64,000 bases of DNA from Escherichia coli (GTDB taxonomy: Bacteria; Pseudomonadota; Gammaproteobacteria; Enterobacterales; Enterobacteriaceae), in assembly GCF_003790525.1 (NCBI RefSeq), contig NZ_CP033635.1; one strand, written 5' to 3'. Shown here piece by piece: positions 33,914 to 46,378 of this stretch. A program made the position numbers and the translations under genes. Below the pieces are notes generated by a model. The model did not search any database. It was not told where the DNA came from and was given only the letters and a program-made list of their open reading frames with translations. How positions within the stretch are numbered: the stretch's first letter is position 1; every line of letters starts with the position of its first letter.

Positions 33914-35395
33914 TCAGTTACGGAAAGGGTTATGACCGTTACTGGTGGTAGTGCGTGCGGATGTTTGCTGAACGACGGGTGCCGGGCTATCAGGCGCATA
34001 ACCATCAGCAATAGCATTCTGTTCCGGCGTTTGCGGGGCAACGTTTTCCGGATTAGTGGAAACCGGTTTGCTCAGCGCATTGTTCAGTGCCAGAAGATCC
34101 TGCTCGTTCAACGTACCCAGAGCTGATTTAATATTCAACTGGTTAATCAGGTAGTTATAACGCGCATTTGCCAGCTCTTGCTTGGCGTTGTACAGCGTGG
34201 TGGTCGCATCCAACACATCAACAATGGTACGCGTACCGACCGAGTAACCCGCTTCCATCGCGTCTAATGAGCTTTGAGCGGAAACTACGGCTTGTTTGTA
34301 GGCGTTAATGCTACTGATAGAAGCATTAATGTTGTTGAAGGAGGAACGTACGGTTTGTACGACGCTACGATGCGCGCTTTCCAGTTGCTCGCTGGCACCA
34401 ACAAAGTTGTACTGGGCCTGTTTCACCTGCGAGTTAACCATTCCGCCCTGATAAATCGGCAGCGAGAAGCTCAGGCCAACTTTGTTCTGGCCCATATTGC
34501 TATCGTCATACTGGGTACCAGCGGCACCACGGGTTTTCGAACCGCTATAAGAGGTGTCAGAAATCCCGGTAGAAGCCGTTAAATCCAGAGTCGGTAAGTG
34601 ACCATCCTGCGCCTGGCGAATTTGCTCGCGCGCCAGGTCCTGGCTCAAGCGCGCCTGTAACAACGACAGGTTGCGTTTTTCGGCTTCTTTCAGCAGCGTG
34701 TTAACCGGCTGTGGTTTGTCGGTTTTAAAGTTTTCGACATTCAGCGCCGCCAGTTCCGGATAGTAGTTACCGGTGATCTGGCGCAGCTGCTCTACCGCGT
34801 TATCAAGGTTATTACGTGCGGTCACTTCGTTCGCCAGCACGGTATCGTACTGTGCGCGGGCGTTCTGCACGTCAGTGATCGCTACCAGGCCCACGTTAAA
34901 ACGTTGGGTGGTTTGATCTAATTGACGGTAGATCGCTTCTTTTTGCGCCTGTGTATAGGAAAGAACGTCAATAGCATTCAACACGTTGAAATAAGCGGTC
35001 GCGGTGTTGAGGATCAAAGTTTGTTGATCGGTCTGATACGTGACGTCCTGAATCCCAGCTGCTTTTTCCTGCAGCGTTAACGCACGCCATTTCGACATAT
35101 CAAAAATGGATTGAGTTAACTGCAGGGACGCACTGGTCGCGTTAGAGTTGATGCCGTTCGCGTCGCGGTAGCCGTTGCTATAGGTGTAATCTGCACCTAA
35201 ACCTAGCTGTGGCAGTAATGGACTGCGCGCTTCATTAATTTTTTCAAAGGCAGCATCACGATCGGCGGCAGACTTACGCAATTCCGGGTTACTAAGGCGT
35301 GCTTGCTGATAAACTTGCATCAGGTTCTCGGCCTGGCTCAACGAACTGAAACCAGAAAGGCTCAGGCCGATAAGAATGGGGAGCAATTTCTTCAT
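33914..35395 (-). CDS. tolC: Outer-membrane efflux channel
   Basis: 493-aa product MKKLLPILIGLSLSGFSSLSQAENLMQVYQQARLSNPELRKS...; start at the ATG at 35395. Confidence 0.95.
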   Translation of the reverse strand: MKKLLPILIGLSLSGFSSLSQAENLMQVYQQARLSNPELRKSAADRDAAFEKINEARSPLLPQLGLGADYTYSNGYRDANGINSNATSASLQLTQSIFDMSKWRALTLQEKAAGIQDVTYQTDQQTLILNTATAYFNVLNAIDVLSYTQAQKEAIYRQLDQTTQRFNVGLVAITDVQNARAQYDTVLANEVTARNNLDNAVEQLRQITGNYYPELAALNVENFKTDKPQPVNTLLKEAEKRNLSLLQARLSQDLAREQIRQAQDGHLPTLDLTASTGISDTSYSGSKTRGAAGTQYDDSNMGQNKVGLSFSLPIYQGGMVNSQVKQAQYNFVGASEQLESAHRSVVQTVRSSFNNINASISSINAYKQAVVSAQSSLDAMEAGYSVGTRTIVDVLDATTTLYNAKQELANARYNYLINQLNIKSALGTLNEQDLLALNNALSKPVSTNPENVAPQTPEQNAIADGYAPDSPAPVVQQTSARTTTSNGHNPFRN

Positions 35396-35599
35396 TTGCA
35401 TTCCTTGTGGTGAAGCAGTATTTAGCGCGATCAAACTGTAAAATTATTGCGGATTCTAGCAGAAGCCGCTACCGCAAAAGGTTGGCGTTACGTGCCATAG
35501 GGCGTTAATGTGCCTCAATTTAACACATGACTGCTCAAACGGCAGTCAAACGTCGCTGAAATTCACATTTAATTCACTATTAGTGCCAGGACATTAACA

Positions 35600-36229
35600 A
35601 TGCTTAAGCCAGACAACCTGCCCGTTACATTTGGCAAAAACGATGTAGAAATTATTGCACGAGAAACACTTTATCGCGGCTTTTTTTCATTAGATCTTTA
35701 TAGATTTCGTCATCGTCTATTCAACGGGCAAATGAGTCATGAGGTACGGCGGGAAATTTTTGAGCGCGGTCACGCCGCAGTCTTGCTACCCTTTGACCCA
35801 GTACGTGATGAAGTTGTGCTGATTGAGCAGATTCGAATTGCCGCGTACGACACTAGCGAAACCCCCTGGCTACTGGAGATGGTTGCCGGGATGATTGAAG
35901 AGGGTGAAAGTGTGGAAGATGTTGCCCGTCGCGAAGCGATTGAAGAGGCGGGGCTGATAGTCAAACGGACCAAACCGGTGTTAAGTTTCCTGGCAAGCCC
36001 GGGGGGCACCAGTGAGCGTTCGTCAATTATGGTGGGCGAAGTGGACGCCACGACCGCAAGCGGTATTCACGGTCTGGCTGATGAAAACGAAGATATTCGC
36101 GTTCATGTGGTAAGCCGGGAACAGGCATACCAGTGGGTAGAAGAGGGGAAAATCGACAACGCAGCGTCGGTCATCGCTTTGCAATGGCTGCAGCTGCATC
36201 ATCAAGCGTTAAAAAATGAGTGGGCATAA
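35600..36229 (+). CDS. nudF: ADP-ribose pyrophosphatase (Nudix)
   Basis: 209-aa ORF with the Nudix box [22 protein letters not shown]. Confidence 0.9.
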
Positions 36230-36652
36230 ATGAAGCGTTACACACCTGACTTTCCTGAAATGATGCGCCTGTGCGAGATGAACTTTTCACAATTGCGCCG
36301 TTTGTTACCGCGCAATGACGCACCCGGCGAAACTGTAAGCTATCAGGTGGCAAACGCACAATATCGGCTGACGATTGTGGAATCGACCCGATACACTACC
36401 CTGGTGACAATAGAACAGACTGCGCCCGCGATCAGTTACTGGAGCCTTCCGTCAATGACGGTGCGTCTGTATCATGACGCGATGGTGGCTGAAGTGTGTT
36501 CAAGCCAGCAGATTTTTCGCTTCAAAGCGCGGTATGATTATCCTAATAAAAAGTTGCATCAACGCGACGAAAAGCATCAAATTAATCAGTTTTTAGCGGA
36601 CTGGTTGCGATACTGTTTAGCACATGGAGCGATGGCGATTCCGGTTTATTAG
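36230..36652 (+). CDS. yqiB: DUF1249 protein
   Basis: 140-aa ORF starting immediately after the nudF stop (coupled). Confidence 0.8.
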
Positions 36653-36676
36653 CGTCGTGAAACCTAAGGACACCAT

Positions 36677-37504
36677 TTGGAAAGCCTGTTAACCCTTCCT
36701 CTGGCTGGTGAGGCCAGAGTCAGGATTTTACAAATTACCGACACTCACCTGTTTGCACAAAAGCACGAAGCCCTGTTAGGGGTAAACACCTGGGAAAGCT
36801 ACCAGGCGGTGCTGGAGGCGATTCGGCCACACCAGCACGAATTCGACCTGATTGTCGCGACAGGTGATTTAGCGCAGGATCAATCCTCTGCGGCCTATCA
36901 GCATTTCGCTGAAGGCATCGCAAGTTTTCGTGCGCCCTGCGTCTGGCTGCCGGGCAACCACGATTTCCAGCCCGCGATGTACAGCGCGTTACAGGATGCG
37001 GGTATCTCCCCGGCGAAGCGGGTGTTTATTGGTGAGCAATGGCAAATCCTGTTGCTGGATAGCCAGGTGTTTGGCGTGCCGCACGGTGAGCTGAGCGAGT
37101 TTCAGCTTGAGTGGCTGGAACGTAAACTGGCCGATGCGCCAGAACGCCATACGTTGCTGCTGCTGCATCATCATCCGCTACCTGCGGGTTGTAGTTGGCT
37201 TGATCAACACAGCCTGCGTAACGCGGGCGAACTGGATACCGTGCTGGCGAAGTTTCCGCACGTCAAATACTTGCTGTGCGGTCATATTCATCAGGAGCTG
37301 GATCTCGACTGGAACGGTCGCCGCTTGCTGGCAACGCCGTCGACCTGTGTGCAGTTTAAGCCGCACTGTTCTAACTTTACGCTGGACACCATCGCGCCCG
37401 GCTGGCGTACTCTCGAGTTACATGCTGATGGCACGCTGACCACCGAGGTGCATCGCCTGGCGGACGCACGCTTCCAACCTGATACCGCTTCAGAAGGCTA
37501 CTGA
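36677..37504 (+). CDS. cpdA: 3',5'-cyclic AMP phosphodiesterase
   Basis: 275-aa ORF with metallophosphatase motifs (GDLAQD, GNHD); TTG start. Confidence 0.9.
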   Translation: MESLLTLPLAGEARVRILQITDTHLFAQKHEALLGVNTWESYQAVLEAIRPHQHEFDLIVATGDLAQDQSSAAYQHFAEGIASFRAPCVWLPGNHDFQPAMYSALQDAGISPAKRVFIGEQWQILLLDSQVFGVPHGELSEFQLEWLERKLADAPERHTLLLLHHHPLPAGCSWLDQHSLRNAGELDTVLAKFPHVKYLLCGHIHQELDLDWNGRRLLATPSTCVQFKPHCSNFTLDTIAPGWRTLELHADGTLTTEVHRLADARFQPDTASEGY

Positions 37505-38085
37505 TGTCTACGCTTCTTTATTTACACGGTTTCAACAGCTCGCCGCGCTCTGCAAAAGCGAGCTTGTTAAAAAACTGGTTGGCGGAACATCACCCTGACG
37601 TAGAGATGATCATTCCGCAGTTGCCGCCGTATCCTTCCGATGCGGCAGAACTGCTGGAATCCATTGTCCTGGAACATGGCGGCGATTCGCTGGGTATTGT
37701 CGGTTCGTCACTGGGGGGATATTACGCCACCTGGTTGTCGCAATGTTTTATGCTGCCCGCAGTGGTGGTAAACCCGGCGGTGCGCCCGTTTGAACTGCTG
37801 ACGGACTATCTCGGTCAGAACGAGAACCCCTACACCGGGCAGCAATATGTGCTAGAGTCACGCCATATTTACGATCTCAAAGTCATGCAGATTGACCCGC
37901 TGGAAGCGCCGGATTTGATCTGGCTGCTGCAACAGACGGGAGATGAAGTGCTGGATTACCGCCAGGCGGTGGCGTACTACGCTTCCTGCCGCCAGACTGT
38001 CATAGAAGGCGGCAACCACGCATTCACGGGCTTCGAAGATTATTTCAACCCGATCGTCGATTTTCTTGGTCTGCACCATCTCTGA
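37504..38085 (+). CDS. yqiA: Esterase YqiA
   Basis: 193-aa [22 protein letters not shown]... (alpha/beta hydrolase). Confidence 0.85.
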   Translation: MSTLLYLHGFNSSPRSAKASLLKNWLAEHHPDVEMIIPQLPPYPSDAAELLESIVLEHGGDSLGIVGSSLGGYYATWLSQCFMLPAVVVNPAVRPFELLTDYLGQNENPYTGQQYVLESRHIYDLKVMQIDPLEAPDLIWLLQQTGDEVLDYRQAVAYYASCRQTVIEGGNHAFTGFEDYFNPIVDFLGLHHL

Positions 38086-38110
38086 CGATCAACTCGAATT
38101 GCTAACTTAA

Positions 38111-40006
<1,896 letters not shown>

Positions 40007-40024
40007 TAATCCTCCCGCCAGAAG

Positions 40025-40058
40025 AATAAAACATAGCCCGGTATACAAGTGTATACCG
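40025..40058 (+). terminator. parE rho-independent terminator
   Basis: agcccggtatac-aagt-gtataccgggct followed by TTTTTT. Confidence 0.75.
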
Positions 40059-40069
40059 GGCTTTTTTGA

Positions 40070-42211
40070 TCAAAATTCCATTTTCACCGTGAATTGCACT
40101 TCACGAGGATCGCCAATCTGGTTGCCCAGATTATTTGTGGCGATGGAAGAGGTGTAATACGTTTTATCAAACAGGTTTTTGACGTTTAATTGCAGTGTGA
40201 CCGGATACTGCAATTTCATTTTGTATGCGGCGAAGGCATCGGCAACGAAATAGCCTGGCAGATAATAGTCAGCCCCATTGGTTGCCGAACGACGGCTTAC
40301 GCCATGTCCACCACCGCCAAACGTCAGTGTGTTATTGCCAGGCATGTTATGAATGTCATAAGTCAGGAATAGCGAACCGGTATGACGAGGAACATTCGGC
40401 AATGGTTTCCCTGCATAATCAGGATCCTCCAGAACCTTAGCATCGGTATAGCCGTAGCTGGCAATGATATTAATGTTTTCAGTTAATGCTCCCGCAAGGT
40501 CGACTTCTACCCCTCTTGAACGAACACGGCCTGCCGTTTTGGCAATGGTTTCATCACCAACACTTTCGGTATACAACACATTACGTTTATGGATATCAAA
40601 CAGCGCAATATCTGCGGTGATACCATCGAATAGCTCGAATTTTGCCCCGACTTCGTAAGCATTAGATGATTCCGGTGGAAGATCGCCAATGTAGCTGGCA
40701 ATTGACGACTGCGGCATAAATGTTTGCGAATAATTGGCAAATAAGGATACCGATGGCGTCAGTTTGTAGACTAACCCCAGTTTGGGAGTCCATTGTTCAT
40801 CGCGGCTGTCAGTATTGACATTAAAAGGACGGCCTTTACCCGCATACTGCGTGTAATACTGATAGCGGATCCCGGCGACGGCAATCCAGTTATCGGTCAG
40901 ATAGAGTGCGTCCTGTGCATACGCTGAGTAGCTCTCCTGTTTGATCGTCTGATCACTGTCCGACGCCGAAACCGTTGTACATTTGCTGGTATTACCATAA
41001 ACAGGGTTGTAGATATTGAAATCTTTAGCTTTTTTACAGCGAATCATATCTGTACGCAGAAGATCATAATATTCATATGACACCCCACCCAGAATCTCAT
41101 TATAGAATCCGGCAATATCAACATTCCCTTGCAGATCCGCACGAGTAGCATGCATACGCTGGGTAGATCCCTGAGTTGCATCAACACGCCGTGTCAGTGT
41201 TCCTGTCGTTGCATCATACGCGGTAACACGCGCCTGATTATCGCTGTATTTATCCTGGCTGTAGCTGTAATCAAAGCGCGCTGTCCACTGGCTATTGAGA
41301 TGATATTCTGCGTTGAGTTGCGCCAGATCGGACTTTCCATCTGTAATATTAAACGGTTCGTCAAAACGTATTTTTCGATCAACGTTTACGGGCTGTTTCG
41401 TCGTAAGGTCGAAAATCGTTCCACGATCGAACGGAGTTTTATAGTCCCGATGGGAATAGAGCATAGTTACTGTTGCATTATCACCAAACCAGGTGAGTGA
41501 CGGGGCAATAAATGTACTGCGCTCTTTACCGAAGTTTCGCCAGTAATCTTCATCCTGCACTTCCCCGGTAAGGCGATACGCCAGCTGAGTGCCTTCAATG
41601 GGACCTGTGATATCAAGTTGCCCAGTGCCGCCACCAAAACTGGAGGAGGTGGCTGAAACCGAACCATGGAATGTTTTTTCCGGGCGCTTGGTCACGACGT
41701 TAATCAGTCCACCAGGATCGAGAATGCCATACAGCGTGGAGGCCGGACCTTTTAGCACTTCCACACGTTCTGTGGCGGCGTTGAAACTGCGAGGAAGTAC
41801 AGTTCGCAGGCCGTTGGTCATGATGGAGCCATCCCGGTTAGCACCAAACCCACGACGTACAAAGGCGTCCTGAGTTCCGCCTAATGTATTGGTCTGTACC
41901 ACGTTACTGACGTTATAAAGCGCTTCATCCAGCGTCGTCGCATTCTGATTTTCCAGAACCTGATCGCTAACAGTATTGACCACCTGCGGGATATCCAGCA
42001 TCGGCATATCGGTTAATGTCGCCGTGGAAGTGCTCAGAGGTTGATAACCATCGGTTGCCTCAGTTGCGGTATTTGCATCTGCTGTAACAGTGATTGTTTC
42101 GCCATCTTTGGTCGTTACAGAGTCTGTTGCATGAATCATCGGTGCCGCAAAAAGCAGTGAAAAGAGCGCCCGACCTTTGAGTCCTGAGAATGAAGGTGTG
42201 AACATAGCCAT
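40070..42211 (-). CDS. TonB-dependent outer-membrane siderophore receptor (accessory)
   Basis: 713-aa ORF with a signal peptide, TonB box ETITVTA, plug and beta-barrel, and a C-terminal aromatic residue (MEF). Confidence 0.85.
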   Translation of the reverse strand: MAMFTPSFSGLKGRALFSLLFAAPMIHATDSVTTKDGETITVTADANTATEATDGYQPLSTSTATLTDMPMLDIPQVVNTVSDQVLENQNATTLDEALYNVSNVVQTNTLGGTQDAFVRRGFGANRDGSIMTNGLRTVLPRSFNAATERVEVLKGPASTLYGILDPGGLINVVTKRPEKTFHGSVSATSSSFGGGTGQLDITGPIEGTQLAYRLTGEVQDEDYWRNFGKERSTFIAPSLTWFGDNATVTMLYSHRDYKTPFDRGTIFDLTTKQPVNVDRKIRFDEPFNITDGKSDLAQLNAEYHLNSQWTARFDYSYSQDKYSDNQARVTAYDATTGTLTRRVDATQGSTQRMHATRADLQGNVDIAGFYNEILGGVSYEYYDLLRTDMIRCKKAKDFNIYNPVYGNTSKCTTVSASDSDQTIKQESYSAYAQDALYLTDNWIAVAGIRYQYYTQYAGKGRPFNVNTDSRDEQWTPKLGLVYKLTPSVSLFANYSQTFMPQSSIASYIGDLPPESSNAYEVGAKFELFDGITADIALFDIHKRNVLYTESVGDETIAKTAGRVRSRGVEVDLAGALTENINIIASYGYTDAKVLEDPDYAGKPLPNVPRHTGSLFLTYDIHNMPGNNTLTFGGGGHGVSRRSATNGADYYLPGYFVADAFAAYKMKLQYPVTLQLNVKNLFDKTYYTSSIATNNLGNQIGDPREVQFTVKMEF

Positions 42212-42311
42212 TTAGTCTGTTATCCCAAAAACTCGCGGATTGTCGCGAGTGAAAATTGTTTCTTATTGCTCACTAAGCACTATCCGTTTGTTATTTCGCC
42301 ATCGGATATGT

Positions 42312-42330
42312 AATTGAGAATCATTCAATC
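42312..42330. promoter_or_regulatory. Candidate Fur box in the divergent receptor/ABC promoter region
   Basis: aattGAGAATCATTCaatc partially matches the GATAATGATAATCATTATC consensus (about 12 of 19). Confidence 0.25.
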
Positions 42331-42584
42331 ACGCAGTAATGTAGTAGTAAATGAGAAATAACAAAAAATTGCTACATGTGTTTTTATGAAAAGTTTATAC
42401 AATTTGATTGCTTTTAATTTATTGATATTTAATGGTTTTGTTTTTATGTGCAAAAATATTTTACCTGTTATTTACCTTGTTTTTGTGTGGCTTTTAACTG
42501 CTTGACTACTACATTTTGTGGCGTCAAACTCTCAAAGGAGAATGAGTTTTATTTTTGTTTGTCTTTGATTAAGTTGGCGTACAC

Positions 42585-43394
42585 GTGGCACATAACGCAA
42601 AAGGGCAGGGGCTGATCCTCGACAATGTTTCTGCCGGGTATCACAAGAAAATCATTGTTGATGGTGTTTCTTTCTCCGTTCCCACAGAAAAAATGACCGT
42701 TCTGGTTGGGGCAAACGGCTGTGGAAAGTCGACGCTGCTCAGCACCATTGCTCGTATCTTGCAACCCATGGGCGGTTCGATATTGCTGGATGGTAAAGCG
42801 ATTCACGAGCAACCAACGAAAGCGTTATCCCGTAGACTTGGGATCTTGCCGCAGTCGCCATTATTGCCGGAGGGCTTAACCGTTTATGAACTGGTGTCGC
42901 GTGGGCGTTTTCCCTGGCAGAATTTCATTCGTCAATGGAGCGACGCCGATGAGCTGGCGGTAGAAGAGGCCCTGAAATTAACGGGTACGCAGGAGTTTGC
43001 ACATTTACCTGTTGAAAAACTCTCTGGTGGGCAGCGCCAGCGTTGCTGGATTGCGATGGTGTTGGCGCAAAAGACGCCTTATATCCTGCTGGATGAACCC
43101 ACAACCTGGCTTGATTTACGTTATCAGGTTGAAATTCTTGAGTTATTACATGATTTAACGCGTCATCACGGGCGTACAGTCGTCGTGGTGTTGCATGATC
43201 TGAATTTTGCCGTCAATTATGGCGATACGTTGATATTTTTACGCCAGGGGAAAGTGGTGCGTGTGTTGAATGAGGGGGAGCATTGCACGCCTGAGCTGGT
43301 AAAAGCGGTCTTTGACGTTGATGTTCACGCATCAATAAATCCTCTGACGGGAAAGCCGTTCTTCATGCCGTTTCGTGGTGTAGAAAAAGTATGA
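42585..43394 (+). CDS. ABC transporter ATP-binding protein (FecE/FepC-like)
   Basis: Walker A GANGCGKST, signature LSGGQRQR, Walker B ILLDEP; GTG start with a weak SD. Confidence 0.85.
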   Translation: MAHNAKGQGLILDNVSAGYHKKIIVDGVSFSVPTEKMTVLVGANGCGKSTLLSTIARILQPMGGSILLDGKAIHEQPTKALSRRLGILPQSPLLPEGLTVYELVSRGRFPWQNFIRQWSDADELAVEEALKLTGTQEFAHLPVEKLSGGQRQRCWIAMVLAQKTPYILLDEPTTWLDLRYQVEILELLHDLTRHHGRTVVVVLHDLNFAVNYGDTLIFLRQGKVVRVLNEGEHCTPELVKAVFDVDVHASINPLTGKPFFMPFRGVEKV

Positions 43395-44374
43395 TGCGCA
43401 CAGGGCTGGTTACTGTAATTTTCCTCGCCTTACTGCTGGTGGGATGCGTGGTATATCCAGGGATTGGTGCCCGATTTATTGCACCACAAACGGTGTTGCA
43501 GGCATTTCTTCATTTTGATCCGCAAAACTTCGATCACAACGTAATTGTAAGACTCCGTTTGCCGCGTTTAGCGGCAGCATTGCTTACCGGTGCTTCTCTT
43601 GGAGTTGCTGGTGCTTTGTTGCAGGCTGTCATTCGTAACCCATTGGGGGAGCCACATATTTTAGGCTTAAATGCCGGAGCCGCTCTTGCTGTCGTTGCTG
43701 CCAGTGCGCTTGGGCTGGCCTTTCCGGTTGGACGCCCACTGCTGGCATCTACGGGCGGCGCGTTATTGTTCCTGTTGATATTGCTGCTTTCCTCCGCAGG
43801 GCGTTCAGGGTTAACGCCAATGAAAGTTACTTTATGCGGCGTGGCGCTATCGGCGTTCGTGTCCTCAATAACGGCTGCAATCCTGATTCTTGACGAACAA
43901 ACACTGCTGGCGATGCGGACATGGCTAGCAGGTGATTTAGCGGGGCAGGATTGGGCGACGCTGGGTACGTCCGCCTGGTTTTCTCTGGGGGGATTTGTGT
44001 TAGCCCTTTACCTTGCACCCTCCCTTAACATGTTGGCACTGGGCGATCGCATGGCGCAGGGGCTGGGCGTCTCTGTATTCCGCACGCGAACATTCACCCT
44101 GCTTGCGATCGCGTTGCTCTGTGGCGCAGCCGTATCGATTGCTGGCCCCATTGGTTTTGTCGGCCTGCTAGTACCGCAGATTGTCCGGCGTCTGGTATCA
44201 GCGGATCTGCGCGTTCTGCTCCCTCTTTCAGCTTGTGTCGGCGCACTTTTGTTATTACTGGCAGATATTATTGCCCGTACGCTTTTCACACCCCATGAGT
44301 TAGCGACCGGTGTCATGACGGCGTTAGTTGGTGCGCCTGTTTTTGTCATTATGGCGACGAGGATGTTCAAATGA
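43391..44374 (+). CDS. ABC transporter permease, FecCD family
   Basis: 327-aa polytopic ORF; start overlaps the ATPase stop. Confidence 0.85.
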   Translation: MMRTGLVTVIFLALLLVGCVVYPGIGARFIAPQTVLQAFLHFDPQNFDHNVIVRLRLPRLAAALLTGASLGVAGALLQAVIRNPLGEPHILGLNAGAALAVVAASALGLAFPVGRPLLASTGGALLFLLILLLSSAGRSGLTPMKVTLCGVALSAFVSSITAAILILDEQTLLAMRTWLAGDLAGQDWATLGTSAWFSLGGFVLALYLAPSLNMLALGDRMAQGLGVSVFRTRTFTLLAIALLCGAAVSIAGPIGFVGLLVPQIVRRLVSADLRVLLPLSACVGALLLLLADIIARTLFTPHELATGVMTALVGAPVFVIMATRMFK

Positions 44375-45420
44375 GTCGGATAATGAACGTCGGGCTACGC
44401 CCACTACGTGTTGGTAAGTTTTCGACACTGGTACGCCCTAAAAATCTGCTGTTGCTTGGTGGGCTGTTCCTGCTTGCGGTTGGAATACTGATATTCGGTC
44501 TGATGCAGGGTTCTTTCTCTGTTCCGGCATCGGAAGTAGGACGAGCGTTGTTTGCTCCAGAAAACGTAAGCACAGACGCACGTTATATTGTGCAGGATAT
44601 TCGCTTGCCGAGAGTCATCATGGCATTGCTATGCGGGGCCATGTTAGGTATGGCAGGGGCCGCAATGCAATCCATTGCACGTAACGGCCTTGCCGATCCT
44701 GGTTTAATCGGCGTCAAAGAAGGATGTAGCGTGGCTGTGCTGTGGCTGATTTTCCAGTTTCCAATGCTGGGAATGTTCTGGCGTCCAGTGGCTGGTCTTG
44801 CTGGTGGCCTGTTGGTGGCTTTAATCGTGATTTTTTGTGCGCGCGATATTTCCCGCCCGCGATTTGTTCTGATTGGTATTGGTGTTTCCTGGTTTTTCGC
44901 CGCCGGTATCGGTGTATTTATGACCACTGCAGATGTTCGAGATGTACAAACTGCATTGATGTGGTTATCGGGAAGCCTGCATGCAGCTAACTGGATGTTA
45001 GTCGCTATTTCAGCCTGTTGGATGTTGCCAGCCGCTCTTTTATTGCTGTTCACCGCCAGGACGGCGGATATCGCTCTGCTTGGTCATCAGGTTGCAACCG
45101 GGTTAGGGGTGAATAGTTCTCGTCTGGCGTTGTTACGTGTCGCTGCACCCATAATCCTGACAGCCGTCTGCGTTTCGTGTGTTGGTAACATCGGTTTTGT
45201 CGGATTGATAGCACCCCATATATCACGTTTTATTCTACGTGGCGGGCAGACGACATTACTGCTGGGGAGCGCGGTATCGGGGGCGTTGTTAGTTATTCTG
45301 GCGGATAGCATTGGTCGTTTGGCTTTTTTGCCTTTGCAACTGCCTGCCGGAATCATTATCTCACTGATTGGTGGACCATTTTTTTTGCTACTGCTCTGGC
45401 AGCGCAGGAACAGTTTTTAA
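44371..45420 (+). CDS. ABC transporter permease, FecCD family
   Basis: 349-aa polytopic ORF; overlaps the upstream permease by 4 nt. Confidence 0.85.
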   Translation: MSRIMNVGLRPLRVGKFSTLVRPKNLLLLGGLFLLAVGILIFGLMQGSFSVPASEVGRALFAPENVSTDARYIVQDIRLPRVIMALLCGAMLGMAGAAMQSIARNGLADPGLIGVKEGCSVAVLWLIFQFPMLGMFWRPVAGLAGGLLVALIVIFCARDISRPRFVLIGIGVSWFFAAGIGVFMTTADVRDVQTALMWLSGSLHAANWMLVAISACWMLPAALLLLFTARTADIALLGHQVATGLGVNSSRLALLRVAAPIILTAVCVSCVGNIGFVGLIAPHISRFILRGGQTTLLLGSAVSGALLVILADSIGRLAFLPLQLPAGIIISLIGGPFFLLLLWQRRNSF

Positions 45421-45430
45421 CGGGAGTTAT

Positions 45431-46378
45431 ATGCGTTTATTTTTTTCTCTGCTGATACTGTTGTCATTTTTTTCCCGTGCAACAGAACCTGTTCAGGTAT
45501 TTACTGATGATTTAGGGCGCAAAGTCACTGTTCCTGCTCATCCAAAGAGAATTGTCTCTTTACACGATCTTGATATCACTATTCCTCTGATTGAGCTCGG
45601 TGTACCTCCTGTCGCCAGCCACGGGCGAACTCGGCCTGACGGTAGCCATTTCATTCGATCTGGCGCGTTATTGACAGGTGTCGACTTTGATAATTCATCG
45701 ATCGCCTTTATTGGTACCGCTGATATTGATATTGAAGCGATTGTGGCGGCAAAGCCTGACCTGATCATCACAGAACCGACCCGTAATACGCCCATTGAAC
45801 AACTTGAAAAAATTGCGCCCACGGTGAGCATTGATCATCTCAAAGGGGGCGCGCCAGAAATCTATCGCAAGCTGGCAGAACTTACAGGAACGCAGTCGCA
45901 GCTGGCGATACTTGAACGCCGCTATCAGGCACAAATCAATGCGCTGAAGGCGACGCTGGACAGCCAAAAAATAACGGTATCGGTGATTCAGGCAAACCAG
46001 GGAAAAATTAATGTGATGCATAGCTATCATTCGCTGGGGCGGGTATTACGCGATGCTGGTTTTCGTTTTCCGCCGCTGATTGAGAGCATTCCTGAAGGTG
46101 GGCGAATGGATGTGAGCGCGGAGCGTTTACCTGAACTGGATGCCGATTTTGTTTTTGCAACCTGGCGCGGTGACACCGGTGGTAAACCTCAGGATGAGCT
46201 GGCAGCAATGGAAAAAGTCATGCCGGGATGGTGTCAGTTTCTGACTGCCTGTCGTTCCGGGCGTTATGTGCTGATTTCTCGTGAAGAGGCGATTTCTAAC
46301 TCCTTTGCATCTCTGGGGCTGATGGCTGCGCAGATACAATCACAAATTGCAGGGCGACCTCTACCGGAGGATAAATGA
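45431..46378 (+). CDS. Periplasmic substrate-binding protein (FecB/FepB-like, cluster A)
   Basis: Product starting MRLFFSLLILLSFFSRA (signal peptide) at the ATG at 45431, with a GGGAG SD. Confidence 0.8.
   Translation: MRLFFSLLILLSFFSRATEPVQVFTDDLGRKVTVPAHPKRIVSLHDLDITIPLIELGVPPVASHGRTRPDGSHFIRSGALLTGVDFDNSSIAFIGTADIDIEAIVAAKPDLIITEPTRNTPIEQLEKIAPTVSIDHLKGGAPEIYRKLAELTGTQSQLAILERRYQAQINALKATLDSQKITVSVIQANQGKINVMHSYHSLGRVLRDAGFRFPPLIESIPEGGRMDVSAERLPELDADFVFATWRGDTGGKPQDELAAMEKVMPGWCQFLTACRSGRYVLISREEAISNSFASLGLMAAQIQSQIAGRPLPEDK

Noticed and set aside
42542-42568. 8-codon upstream ORF (MSFIFVCL) before the ABC ATPase, behind an AAGGAG motif
   Set aside because: The SD ends only 1 nt before the ATG, which is too close for efficient initiation; kept as a note only.
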